This document shows positions 1 to 10,860 of a stretch of 64,000 bases of DNA, piece by piece. A program made the position numbers and the translations under genes. The first letter of the stretch is position 1. Each line of letters opens with the position of its first letter. This DNA is from Ginglymostoma cirratum (lineage: Eukaryota). The stretch covers positions 9,962,358-10,026,357 of the forward strand of contig JAHRHZ010000002.1 in assembly GCA_024137785.1 (NCBI GenBank), written 5' to 3'. The notes below the pieces were generated by a model that ran no database searches, was not told the origin of the DNA, and was given only the letters and a program-made list of their open reading frames with translations.

Positions 1-235
1 CCAGCAAAACCCCTGTGACCCACTCCCCAAACACCAGCAAAACCCCTATGACCCACTCCAGAACAACCAGCAAAACCCCTGTGACCCACTCCCCAACGAC
101 CAGCAAAACCCCTGTGACCCACTCCCCAACGACCAGCAAAACCCCTGTGACCCACTCCCCAATGACCAGCAAAACCCCTGTGACCCATTCCTGAATGACC
201 AGCAAAACACATCAGACCCACTCCTGAAACATGAC
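1..235. repeat. 33-bp minisatellite (CCAGCAAAACCCCTGTGACCCACTCCCCAACGA), ~7 copies, runs off window start
   Basis: Tandem repetition is directly visible; 11-aa periodicity in ORF 46..288. Confidence 0.95.
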
Positions 236-1202
236 GAAAATCCACTGGTGCACAAGAACAGAAAAGGGACATTTAGCCCCTTGATCATGTTCTACTATTC
301 AGGGAGATCATGGATGGTTCGTCGTCTCAATCTATTTGCCCGTCTTCCACCTGTCCCTTAATTATGAGTTTTACTGACTTTAAATCTGTAATGTTCATTT
401 TACATTAATTTCCTATTGAGGAAGAGCATTCTAACCATTTCCCACCTGGTGTGTGTCGAAGTGTTTCCAAGTTTCACTCTCAATTGGTCTGGCTCTAATT
501 ATACTGACTCTAGTCCGAGACTTCACACCTTAACCAGTGGAAACAGTTCCCCTCGCTCTACATATCCACTCCTCTTAATTTCTTTAAAACCTCCGTTAAA
601 TCAGCCCTTAACCTTCTACATTTCAGGGAACTCAACCTAGTTTTTTAAATCTCTGTGCAATTTAACCCTTGATAGCTACGTTTCATTGTGGTCTGCCTAC
701 TCTGCACTCCCTATTAGATCCGAAAACTCCTCACGGTCTGTTCTCCTGAACTGCTGCGAGTTCTCCATCAGATCCAGGCCCTCCCCACCACGCTGCATTC
801 TGCAAACATTCAGTGATTCAGAATCCTGGGAGAGCAACACCAAACTCCAACAACCAACTACAGCAAGAACTTACAGAATATTGACTTTCTTGAGGAAGTC
901 GAGCAGGCAACAGGAAGCCACATCCAGGATGAGATGTTTATGTTTGTTTCTACAGCCCAAACCCCACCTCTCAAAGATATCTCGAGGTTGAGACCCTTAT
1001 AGGAGCAACCATTTCTACAAGGTCAGTATGAAAGCTCAGTGTTGAATTTTATCAGCTGGTCTTTAGTGATGACACAGAGAGAGGGAGAGACACTGAGCTC
1101 AGAGTCCACCCTCAGATTTATAGTTAAAACCAGCTCCAATATCCCAATTGCAATGATCTGCTCCCAACATTGATCAACACTGATCATACCTCAGGTAGTG
1201 GT

Positions 1203-1234
1203 TTAACTGTGAGAAGATGACCTTCCGTCAGAAG
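1203..1234 (-). pseudogene. MHC class I final cytoplasmic coding exon (TSDGRSSSHS*)
   Basis: TAACAG acceptor, Ser-rich tail, TAA at 1203-1205. Confidence 0.65.
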
Positions 1235-1609
1235 CTGTTAATGGAAAGACAGGCATTAAAAACTGTTCATTATCAGAGCGAGACAAAAAATGATTGAGAC
1301 AGCACACACGAGAGGAAGAATGACAGAGTGCAGGAGAGAGAAACAAGAAAGCGTGAGTGCGGGAGAAGGCATGAATGGGAGAAATGAGAGAGACAGAAAG
1401 CATGAGAGAGACAAATGAAAGAACAGTTCAACAGCAGAGAAATGAGAGATAGAGAGTATGGGGGGAAAAATGAAAGTCATAGAGAGAACGCACAAGAGAG
1501 AGGGAGAGAGCACATGAGGAGAAATGAGAGAGAGCGTGCTCGGCAGAGAGCAAGAGGAGAATAAAAGACAAACAGACTACACTAGTCGAGACTAGACCAG
1601 ACAAATAAT

Positions 1610-1830
1610 AAAAACTGACATTACTGGAGAAACTCAACACCTGAGACAGCATCTGTAGAGAGAAAGCACAGTTAATGCTTTGGGTCCAGTGACACTCCCA
1701 ACAGAACTCCAAAGGACTCAAAGTGTTAACGTTTTTTCTCTCGATAGATGCTGCCAGAGCTGCGGAGTTCCTTCAGTAATTTCTGTTCTTTTTGTGTTTC
1801 AGATCTCCAGCATTTTGTGGATCTTTGTTT
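1610..1830. mobile_element. Palindromic Penelope-derived mini-element (degenerate)
   Basis: Inverted arms CTGGAGAAACTCAACACCTGAGACAGCATCTG / AGATGCTGCCAGAGCTGCGGAGTTCCTTCAG; same family as 5119-5352. Confidence 0.65.
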
Positions 1831-1885
1831 GAAACAGAAAGAAGTTATTCAAACAGTAACAGAGATATGAGCATTGTCAGCTTAC

Positions 1886-1918
1886 TGTTTGTGCAATTAT
1901 AGTTGCTCTTCACTCCTC
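1886..1918 (-). pseudogene. MHC class I cytoplasmic exon (GGVKSNYNCTN, 33 nt)
   Basis: TTTTACAG acceptor, GTAAGC donor, Tyr-containing short exon typical of class I tails. Confidence 0.7.
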
Positions 1919-2430
1919 CTGTAAAACAAGGAATGTTCAGTGAGTGTCGAGAGACTGTCAGAAAATCAGAGGAAATGCTGGAGACCCTCACTCCCATCTA
2001 GACTCAGCCCCTCATGCCCACATTGCCCTGATCTGCTGACACCCAACACTAAACTGAGAGCCAACCCCAATCTGAAATATCTGACTTTACATTCACAACG
2101 TGAGACTCTTCCACATTATCCTGAGAAGCAGGGTACCATCGCAGACCCTCCTTCACAAACTGAGGCCCTCTCCCCACAGCCTGAGCCATTGCTAACACAG
2201 AGACCGACACCTAAACACAGAGATTCCTTGCTCACCCTCCGAACCCAAGCAAATAACCAAAGACCAAATGATACTGCAGCAGAATTAGGCTATTCAGCCC
2301 ATCGGGGTTACTCCACCATTCAATTGTTGCTGATATATTTCTCAAACCCATTCATCTGCCTTCTCTGCATAACCCTTGATCCCCTTACCAATTAAAAGCC
2401 TACTATCCCTGTGTTAAAGGCACTCAATGA

Positions 2431-2723
2431 ATAGCTTAGAATCCCTACAGTGTGGAAACAGGCCCTTCAGCCCAACAAGTCCACACCAAACCTCAGAGCA
2501 TCCCATCCAGACCCATCCCCCTAACCTACACCTCCCTGAACACTACGGGCAATTTAGTATGGCCAATCCACCTAACCTGCACATCTTTGGACTGTGGGAG
2601 GAAACCCATGCACACACAGGGAGAATGTGCAAACTCCACACAGACAGTTGCCCAAGGTTGGAATTGAACCCAGGTCCCTGGTACTGTGAGGCAGCAGTGC
2701 TAACCACTGTACCACCATGCCAC
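2431..2723 (-). mobile_element. HE1-like tRNA-derived SINE inserted in a CR1 3' end
   Basis: tRNA-like head (GTGGTTAGCACTGCTGCCTCACAG...GGTTCAATTCC), CR1-type tail, CAATGA duplication at 2425-2430/2724-2729. Confidence 0.85.
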
Positions 2724-2729
2724 CAATGA

Positions 2730-3100
2730 CTTGGCCTCCATACCGTTCTGCAAAAATGGGTTTCCACAGAATCACCGCGGTCCGACTGAGGAAATTCCTC
2801 CTCAGTTCTAAAGGATTGTCCCTTCTCTCTGTTACAGTTCCCTTGGGTCCTATCTCTCCTGCTAGTGGAAACATCTTCTCCACACCCACTCTATCCGGGC
2901 CTCTCAGTAATCTGTAAGTTTCAATGAGATTTACCCCCAACCTTCAAAACTCCACGGAACACAGACGCAGAGTTCTCAACCACTCCTCATATGACAAACC
3001 CTTCAACCCAGGGATCATTCTTGTAAACCTCCTCTGGATTCCCAAGGGCAGCACATCCTTTCTTAGACATGGGACCCAAAACTGCTCACAATGTTCCTTC
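2730..3100 (-). mobile_element. CR1 LINE 3' fragment
   Basis: Degenerate CR1 ORF2 C-terminus (LIETYRLLRG.DRV...MFPL...RRNF). Confidence 0.8.
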
Positions 3101-3184
3101 ACTTTATTCTGGCCATCTCTTTTCCGGCTCTCCAGATCCCTGACCCCCCCAGTGAAGTGCTACCATTCTCTCACAAACTCTTAC

Positions 3185-3289
3185 CTTTCTTCTTGTAAAT
3201 GATGACAGCCCCAACAGTGAGAGCAATGATCCCGAGGACTCCAAATACAATCCCAACAGTAACAGGAACCTGTGAGAGAGACTTTGGGT
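3185..3289 (-). pseudogene. MHC class I transmembrane exon, intact 105 nt
   Basis: PKSLSQVPVTVGIVFGVLGIIALTVGAVIIYKKK; AG/GT phase 1-1. Confidence 0.88.
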
Positions 3290-3645
3290 CTGGCAGATAG
3301 AGAGAGAGCAAGAGAGAAAGAGAGAGAGAGAAAATCATAGCGGGTGAGAGAAAAAAAAGGGAGAGAGACAGAGAGGGGGTGTCAGGCTGGGGGGGAAAGA
3401 GACTCAGACAGTGACAGACACAAAGAGAGAGGGGAGGCAGGGAGACAGAGCGCGAGTGCAGAGAGTAAATAAAAATGTGCGTTATACAGGATATACTGCA
3501 TACATTCAGGTCATTTGGTCGAATCAGTAAATAGTCACTTTTATCCACTGATGCTCATTCATCATCTAAATCCGTCATCGACACTTGCTATTCCTTTCTA
3601 ATTTCCACTTGAATACACTTCAACAAGTCAGGCTCCTTGTGGCAG

Positions 3646-3812
3646 AGATAAAAGGTACTGCAGATGCTGGAGAATCCGAGATAACAAGCATGGGGCTGGA
3701 TGAACACAGCAGGTCAAGCAGCATCATAGGAGTAGGAAAACTTGACGTTTCGGGCCTAAACCCTTCATCAGAAATGGAATGCTGTGTTCATCCAGCCCCA
3801 TGCTTGTTATCT
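3646..3812 (-). mobile_element. Penelope-derived mini-element with 16-bp TSD and hammerhead core
   Basis: TSD AGGCTCCTTGTGGCAG at 3630-3645/3813-3828; partial inverted arms. Confidence 0.8.
3744..3771 (-). ncRNA. Minimal hammerhead ribozyme motif
   Basis: Minus strand reads CTGATGA-A-GGG-TTTAGG-CCC-GAAAC-GTC, retaining all catalytic core nucleotides and stem II. Confidence 0.65.
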
Positions 3813-4309
3813 AGGCTCCTTGTGGCAGCAAGCTTCACATTCTCCCCATTCTTTGGCTGGAGAAGTTTCTTTTGAATTCCTTTTGGAATTTTTGGTGACT
3901 GTCTTGTGTTGGTAGTCTTGAGTTTCTTCCCCAAACTCGCTCTGCACCCACTCTATCAAAATGTTTTATTCATTTAAAGATCTCTGTAGATTCACCCTTG
4001 GGGATTTATTATTCCAGAGAGACCCAGCCTGCCAATCCTTTCCTTGATAATGTTCACTCACATATTTCTGACATCGTCATTGTAAATCTTCTCTGCACCC
4101 TCTCCAGTACCTGAATATCCTTTCAACCACATGGTGACCTTAACTGTCTACAATACTCTGCATGGTAGTCTTATCATTTTTCAGGAGAGAATAACAGTCT
4201 GGGACTGTCTGGGATTCCTGCCTCATCTTCTTGATAATGTCTGGTGCTGCTGCCCCTAATAAAAATGGGAATTTAATTCTAAAACTCTGTTTAAATAAAA
4301 CAATATTCA

Positions 4310-5395
4310 TGGTCATGGGAGAAGAGACAGTTTGGTGCTGAGTGAAGCTGTACGGTCCAGAAAAGCTTCAATCGTGGTTGTGATGGCACTTTTGTCTCCC
4401 CCGTCATGACCAGCTGTTTTAGCCTCACCTTTCTGTGCCCACAGTCTGATATTGTCAGCATTGACTGGAAGGGTGTCCAGAAAGCTTACAACCAGAATGG
4501 ACTCTTCCAGGGGAGTCACCACCACTGGGGTATATATCAATGGGAGGCAGCTCAATGCTTCTGCACCACATTAAACCGATATTCCTGGTCCTAAGGTGAG
4601 GATGAATGGCAGCAGGAATGCCAATGCCGGCCACATGCCTCCTCAGAGCGAGAGACACAGTTTACTTAAGGCACGTACTGTTTTCTCTCAATGCCACTGA
4701 AATCACTGCAGGTTCACCGAGTCACCCTTTATTTACCTGTGCACAGTACATGGGCTCTGAGCAGCCAACTCAAAGCCTGTCTTTGGACTGAAGAGACATT
4801 CTGAATCCCTGTTACAATTCTGTTTCCTCTTTCTGACCACCCCGCCATCAGCTGTTTTTGTTTAAATTTAAATAATTACTGTAAAGTTGTTAACAATGAT
4901 TAGGAGTTGAAGTTCTCAATTCTTGTTTGTCTTTTTTTTGACTACAACCAGACTGCACAGGATTAAGGAGATTTTGTAACCGGCTCTTAAAGATTGATGG
5001 GTATAATAATAAATCAAAGGGGGAAGGCAACAGCTAAATATCCTGTTTACATCTGTCAGCCAGGACTCCCTCATTAGCCCAGGTTAACAACCCCAATCAG
5101 GAAACTCATATTCTATGAGGTACAAAAACAGCAGTTGCTGGAAAAGCTCAGCAGGTCTGGAAGCACCTGGGACAAAAAAGTCAGAGTTAACATTTTGGGT
5201 CCGGTGACACTTCCTCAGAACTTCCTCACTGGTCGCGAAACGTTAACTCTGATTTTTTTTCTTCACAGATGCTGCCAGACCTGCTGAGCTGCTCCAGCAA
5301 CTTCTGTTTTGGCTCCTGATTTACAGCATCCACAGTTCTTTCAGTTTTTCTTTCATATTCTATGACATCTACCTGGTCCTGGTTCCAATCACTAC
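4310..5395 (-). mobile_element. LTR-retrotransposon relic (LTR plus adjacent internal sequence) interrupted by younger insertions
   Basis: Minus strand starts TGTAGTGATTGG, has AATAAA near 4730 and ends ...TTTCA followed by TGGC (PBS-like). It is split by the insertion at 5119-5352. Confidence 0.4.
5119..5352. mobile_element. Palindromic Penelope-derived mini-element with 13-bp TSD
   Basis: TSD TCATATTCTATGA at 5106-5118/5353-5365; inverted arms meet at decayed hammerhead cores (..GAAACGTTAAC). Confidence 0.8.
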
Positions 5396-5721
5396 AGAAT
5401 TGAAAGGATACGGCAGGATCTGTCACACTAATACTGGATTTTATACCATATACCTTAATCTTATAGCGTTCCTGGATATTTAAGATGCTGGAATAGCATC
5501 ATCCTCCAAGATAAACTGGGCGAGGTCCTACTGTAGCACCCCTGGATTCACTGTCTTTATTACTGTTCTCTACCAATGGTATGAGCCCTGTGCCACACTG
5601 ATAGTTAATATTAACCCTCTCTCTATCCTGAGATGTCCTGGTCAAGCAGCTCAGCAATGACTCTCCCTCCCTTGTTCCTTGTCTGAGTCTGTGTCCTCTC
5701 TAACAAGAAATACAGTCTTAC

Positions 5722-5985
5722 CATAAATCACCACCCGCTTCTCCTCCAGCCCACTGTGCTCCACATAACAGGAATACTTGGCCTGATCCTCCGGATCAAA
5801 CTCCATCCATTTCCGGATCTGGTAGGTCCTGTCGTGACTGGGTAAGATCCCGGTGGACAGGGTCTCATTGATCAACACTCCATCCCTCCACAGAGTCACC
5901 TCGATGGCTTGGGGGTAAAACCCATTGACGAGACAGGACAGCCAGTTAGAATCATCCAGACAGGTAAAGGACACAATGGGGGCAA
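5722..5985 (-). pseudogene. MHC class I alpha3 (Ig C1) exon, intact 264 nt
   Basis: APIVSFTCLDDSNWLSCLVNGFYPQAIEVTLWRDG...YSCYVEHSGLEEKRVVIY; AG/GT phase 1-1. Confidence 0.93.
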
Positions 5986-6453
5986 CTGAGGGAGAGAGAA
6001 AGAAGAATCAGTGCAGGAAACTTGAGATACTGAATCACAGGCACTCACCTGCATGGCTGCTGTCCCTCCCTCCTCACTTGCTCGGCTGCCCACCTGCCTG
6101 CCCCCCACCCCCCACACCTCCTTACTCACCCCCCGCCTTCCCCTCTTGCTTGCTTGCCTGGCCCCCTCACTCGCTCGCCTGCCCTCCCTCATCAGTCACC
6201 CACCCACTCTGACTCACCTGCCCTCCTCCCCTACCACCCTCACTCAGCTGTTCTCCCCTTCACTCGCCCTCCCCTTCCTCTCGCTCGCCTGCCTGCCCTC
6301 CCCCCTCACTCGCTTGCCTTCCCTGCCCTCACTTTCTTGCCTGCCCTCTCTCCCCCCTCACTCACCCACACTCCCTCCCTCCTCCTTCACTCACCGACAC
6401 TCCCTCCCTCTCTCACTCACCCACACGCCTTCTCTCCCACCCACCCAGCTCAC

Positions 6454-6725
6454 TGTCTCTCATTCCCTCTGTCCATAATCCAGGCACTTCCTCAGCCACT
6501 CAACACAGTCCACCTCCAGGTAATGCTTCCATTGCTGATTGTTCACATACTCATGGTCCCACCTGTTTTTGGTGCTCTGCCCCCACAGGACTGGTGTCAC
6601 CCATACCATGCGATCCTTATTGAAGCTCAGCAAATCTTGTCCATCCCATCCATACTGATTGAACCCAACTGAGATCCCATCGCTCCTCAGGTCACAACCG
6701 GTCATCACCTGGTACATATGGATCC
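6454..6725 (-). pseudogene. MHC class I alpha2 exon (272 nt, 1-nt deletion giving TGA at 6460-6462)
   Basis: GIHMYQVMTGCDLRSDG...WDGQDLLSFNKD...TKNRWD...YLEVDCVEWLRKCLDYG, bounded by AG and GT. Confidence 0.92.
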
Positions 6726-6918
6726 CTGTCCATCAGAATACAAGTTGCCAATCAGACACACTGGAACCTTCACCCACTACAAGCACATACAATCAGGTTC
6801 AGGCATAGTAGATAACTAAGCCCATTGCCACAGTGTTTGGCTCCCAGATCCTAGTCCAATCCTGGCCTCCCCCCATTCCTGTAGGATGAGGCCCCGGGAA
6901 GGGCCAGCAAAGCCTCGC

Positions 6919-7179
6919 CGCCTGTCTGGTTGGTCTGGTGCATGAGCTTTGGAATATGAGCTTTGGAAATACAGCTCCTGCTCCTGTGCGAGCATCATCT
7001 TCCTCTCCTAGGAATCCTGTCCCTCGGTCTCCACCATCCACTGCTTCCCGGGGATCAGTTGCTTCCAATCACTGTCGTACTTAACAAACCTGACCTTGTC
7101 CACATACCCGACAAGCACAAAGTCCAAAAAGCCAGGAATTGGAATCATGCCGGCCAGGAAATATCGGAGAGAGTGGAGG
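6919..7179 (-). pseudogene. MHC class I alpha1 exon (disabled)
   Basis: LHSLRYFLAGMIPIPGFLDFVLVGYVDKVRFVKYDSD... has TAG at 7008-7010 in place of the conserved Trp. A 1-nt frameshift precedes HIPKLMHQTNQTG. The donor is GCGAG and the acceptor is 1 nt out of phase with the leader. Confidence 0.9.
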
Positions 7180-7249
7180 CTGAAACAGGAGAGAGGAAGT
7201 GAGAGATCAGAGTAAGACAAAAATGTCAGGATATGAAACCCAGAGCACC

Positions 7250-7800
7250 ATTCCTACCACAGGCTAATTTACTCCCATTTGGCAGCATTTGGCACATATC
7301 CCTCTAAACCCTTCCTATTCATATACCCATCCTGATGCCTTATAAATGTTGTGATTGTGCCAGCCTCCACTACTTCCTCTAGCATCTGATTCCATACACG
7401 CACCACCCTCTAAATGAAATAGTTACCCCTCAGGTCCCTTTTATAGCTTTCACCTCTCATCTTAAACCTATGCTGTCTAGTTTTGGAATCCCCTTCCCTG
7501 GGAAAAGACCTTGGGAGTTCACCCTATCCATATCCCTCATAATTTTATAAACTTCTATAAGATCACACCTCAGCCTCCGACACTCCAGGGAAAACAGTTG
7601 CATTCTATTCAGACTGTCCCCTCTGGCAACATCCTTGTAAATCTTTTCTGAACCCTTTCAAGTTTCACAAGATCTTGTGACTTGAACGCAGTATTCCAAA
7701 AGGGGCCTAACCAATGTCCTGTACAGCCGCAACATGACCTCCCAACTCTTATACTCACTGCACTGACCAATAAAGGCAAGCGTACCAAACACCTTCACTA
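7250..7800 (-). mobile_element. CR1 LINE 3' fragment
   Basis: EYKSWEVMLRLYRTLVRPLLEYCVQ in ORF 7658..7864. Confidence 0.85.
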
Positions 7801-7909
7801 TCCAGAATGGTGAAACGTTGTTCACGAAGCCCTGACTGAACAGAGACCTCCACCATTGACTCAAATCCTGTGACTACCAACCCTGGTCCCTGTCATTAAT
7901 GCCCTTGCA

Positions 7910-9526
7910 TTCAGACTCTAGAACTAGGGGACATAGTCTGAAAATTAGGGCCGGGCCATTCAGGAGTGATGTTAGGAAACACTTCTACACCCAAAGGGGT
8001 GGTAGATGTTTGGAACTCTCTAGCACATACAGTAGTGGATGCTAAATCAGTAGTTAATTTTAAATCTGAGAGAGAGAATACTTTTTTTGGCAAAGATATT
8101 AAGAGATACATGGCAATGACAGGTGTATGGAGTTGGGCCACAGATCGGCCACAATGATATCATTGAATTGTGGAACAGGCTTGAGGGGCTGTATGTGTTC
8201 CTAAGTCTCCTTTTAGTGTTCTCTTCTCCTAGAAGAATAGCCTCAGATCCTCCGAGCAATTAAAACTCTGGAAAAATACTTAATTTTTTTTTCTGCACCC
8301 TCTCCGATACTTTTACATCTCTCCTGAAATGCAGTGCCCAGAACTGGACTCCTGTATTGCAGTTTGTTTCAAACTGCCCTTGACACAGATTTACTTTCTA
8401 TTTTTAAAGTCACACTGGGTTTATATTCATTGGAATTCATTTCAAAGACCAAAAGGAAATCATACTGAAATGTCAATGTTTCTGAGGAGGTTTGACAGAG
8501 TAGATGCTGAGAGGATCTTCCGTCTAGAGGGGAATCTTCCATTTAAGACAGTGATGAGGAATTTCTTCTTTGAGGATGCCAATAATGCGTGGAATTCTCT
8601 TCCCCAGAGAGCTGGGTCATTGAATACATACAAAGGATGAGTTTGACAGTTTGATCTACAATGGAGTCAATGGTTCTGGGGAACAGTAAAGTAAATGGAG
8701 TTCAGGCCACAATCAGATTGGCCATGATCTCATTGAATGGCAGAATAGGCTCAAGAGGCTGAATGGCCACCTCCACTCTTATTTCTGATATCCTCATGTT
8801 GGAAAGTAGAGACTGAGTGAGTAATGGAAAACTCATTCATTCTTGGTGGTTGTGTACAATAAAGGGATTTGGAAAGGATGATATAATGCTGTTGGCCTTT
8901 ATTTTGAGGACTGGAACACAAAAGTTAGTTTTGATCCAGAGCAACTGCATTCAGTCCTGTGCATCTGACCTCAGAAAGGAGAATGCAGCACAGATTCACC
9001 AGAATGATACCGGAGTGGAGAAGGCGAAATTAGGCAACAAGATCTTGGATTCTCTTCAGTTTGCAGGAAGGAAGGAAGATTCAGTTGATGTGCTGAAGAT
9101 CATAAAAGGGTTAGACTGAATCATTTCAGATCCCCTGATGAGGGAGTGGAGAACAGGGGGAAATAGTCTTAAAATTAAAACTCAACTGTTCCAGGATAAC
9201 ATCAGGAAGTGCTTCAAGGATAGGGTTTATTGGGAAAATGATGTGAAACTTTAAAAGGACATTGACATGTTGATAGAGTGGCCAGATAAGTGGCAGATAA
9301 AGCTCAATGTGGAGATATGTGAGAGCTGAAATATTTTGATACAAAGATACAAGGATGTGCAGGAGCAGGAGAACTGAGTGGGCATGTCATTGAAGGTGGA
9401 ATGACACATAGAAAGAGCCATTATTGAAACCATTCAGTATTTTAGGCTTCCTAAATAGAGCACAAGAGCAGGGAACATATGACAAACTTATACAAGACAC
9501 CGGTCAAATTTCAGCTGAGTATTGTG
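7910..9526 (+). mobile_element. Cluster of degenerate CR1 LINE fragments
   Basis: Repeated CR1 3' motifs (VVDVWNSL, RRFDRVDAERIF, LYKT). Confidence 0.7.
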
Positions 9527-10336
9527 ATGTGGAGTTGCTGGCATTGGACTGGATGGACAAAGTCAGAAGTTACACGACACCAGATTATAGCCCAACAGGT
9601 TTATTTAAAATCACAAGCTTTTGAAGCATTGCTCCTTTGTCAAATGCCTGATGAAGGAGCAGCGGTCTAACAGCTTGTGACTTCAAATAAGCCTGTTAGC
9701 CTGTAATCTAGTGTCACATGACGTTTGACTTTGGCCACTCCAGTACAACATCGGCATCACGACATCACGGCTGCCATTGACACCCCAAACTGTTGACTCA
9801 AAGTGCAGAGGATTGCCAAGACGATTGTGCATATCGACACAGGCATCCAGACACTGCCAAGCAAATGAGGCAATGAAACTACACCATCTACATGGTGAAA
9901 CTACACCAAGAACAAGTAACTGGAGAAATTGGAGTCACTACCAGCAGTAACCAAGCCTCCCGCAGTACCACGGTTGAAATTGACACAACTGCAAGGAAGT
10001 CCATTCTCAATATGTCTGACCGCACCCTTCAACTAGTCAAAATCACAGTTCTTAGCTGAGGGCTCAATTTCTGCCCCACTACCATCAGTCTTGTGGCAGA
10101 CACAGACAAATTCATCAGGTTTATCCCGGGAATTCTTCCACAAACACCGCGCGCACCCCCTCCCCCCCCCAAGATGTCAGCAGCCAGCCCAACGCAACAA
10201 CCAACAAACCGGAACGGTTGACAGATCCACAGTGCAGCAACCGAGGGAGAAAGAGTCGAATTGGACCCGTCCAGAAGGCCACTGGCCTGGGTACGTGCGC
10301 TCAGGAGATGTGTCAACGCCAGGTTCATCAGTCGCC
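9527..10336 (+). mobile_element. Penelope-like element fragment (inverted terminal arms + degenerate ORF N-terminus) inserted in CR1
   Basis: 12-bp TSD CTGAGTATTGTG (9515-9526/10337-10348); inverted arms at ~9527-9770 centred on CCTGATGAAGGAGC; ORF remnants SILNMSDRTL..VLS*GLNFCP, REFF, KESNWTRPEG. Confidence 0.75.
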
Positions 10337-10570
10337 CTGAGTATTGTGTACAGTTCTGGGCGCCACATTATCGGAAGGAGGCGAACAAATCGGAGACAGT
10401 GCAGAAGAAGTTTATGAGGGACCACAGACTTCAGTTACGAGGAAAGGTTAGAGAGTTTGTGATTATTGTCCTCAAAGAGGGGGATAGACTAAGAGGTGAT
10501 TTTGTAGACATTTTCAAAATCGTGAGGCATCTGGACAGAGCGGAGAGGGAGAAACTGTTCCCACTCGTGA
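10337..10570 (+). mobile_element. CR1 LINE fragment (continuation of the element split at 9526)
   Basis: EYCVQFWAPHYRK...RLRGDFVDIFKI...EKLFPL. Confidence 0.85.
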
Positions 10571-10644
10571 GCAGATTAAAATTGTGCTCTGTGGTTAATG
10601 CACCGGTACTTAGCCGAGCGCTGCCTCTTCAGCTGTCCATTTAC

Positions 10645-10693
10645 CCATAAAAACATTTTCGCACAGATAAACCAGAAAGAACAGTCCAGTCAT
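10645..10693 (-). pseudogene. MHC class I exon 1, signal peptide MTGLFFLVYLCENVFM+G
   Basis: ATG at 10693, 16 largely hydrophobic codons plus 1 nt, then a GTAAAT donor (phase 1, 49 nt). Y-box lies ~160 nt upstream. Confidence 0.7.
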
Positions 10694-10852
10694 TGTTGCT
10701 TCGCGGAACCCATTGGGAAAGGGTATTTTGAGAAAAATACCTTTCCAATAATCCATTCATAGCCAGTCCCAGAGCTGTGTTCCGCGCTGATGTTAGACCC
10801 TGTTCCTCTCACTCAGACACTATCGCGTTGACTGGAGCAAAATAGCATCCAC

Positions 10853-10860
10853 CCAATCAG
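10853..10860 (-). promoter_or_regulatory. Y-box (CTGATTGG, inverted CCAAT) of the class I promoter
   Basis: Exact CTGATTGG on the coding strand upstream of the leader ATG, with an X2-like TGACT ~25 nt further upstream. Confidence 0.5.

Larger units (their letters stand above)
1203..10693 (-). pseudogene. MHC class I heavy chain (nonclassical-like) locus, probable pseudogene; 7 exons: 10645-10693, 6919-7179, 6454-6725, 5722-5985, 3185-3289, 1886-1918, 1203-1234
   Basis: Class I alpha1 (HSLRYF...VGYVD...FVKYDSD), alpha2 (GCDL...YGWDGQD...CVEWL), alpha3 Ig-C1 (LSCLVNGFYP...YSCYVEHSGL), TM and cytoplasmic exons lie in the correct order with splice sites. In-frame stops and frameshifts occur in alpha1 and alpha2. 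Confidence 0.9.

Noticed and set aside
5925-6672. Plus-strand Pro/Leu/Ser-rich ORFs
   Set aside because: Low-complexity C/T-rich intron antisense to the class I exons.
1203-10693. Functional full-length class I or CD1/class II gene
   Set aside because: There are multiple stops and frameshifts in alpha1/alpha2, and the three-domain exon layout and motifs are class I, not class II.
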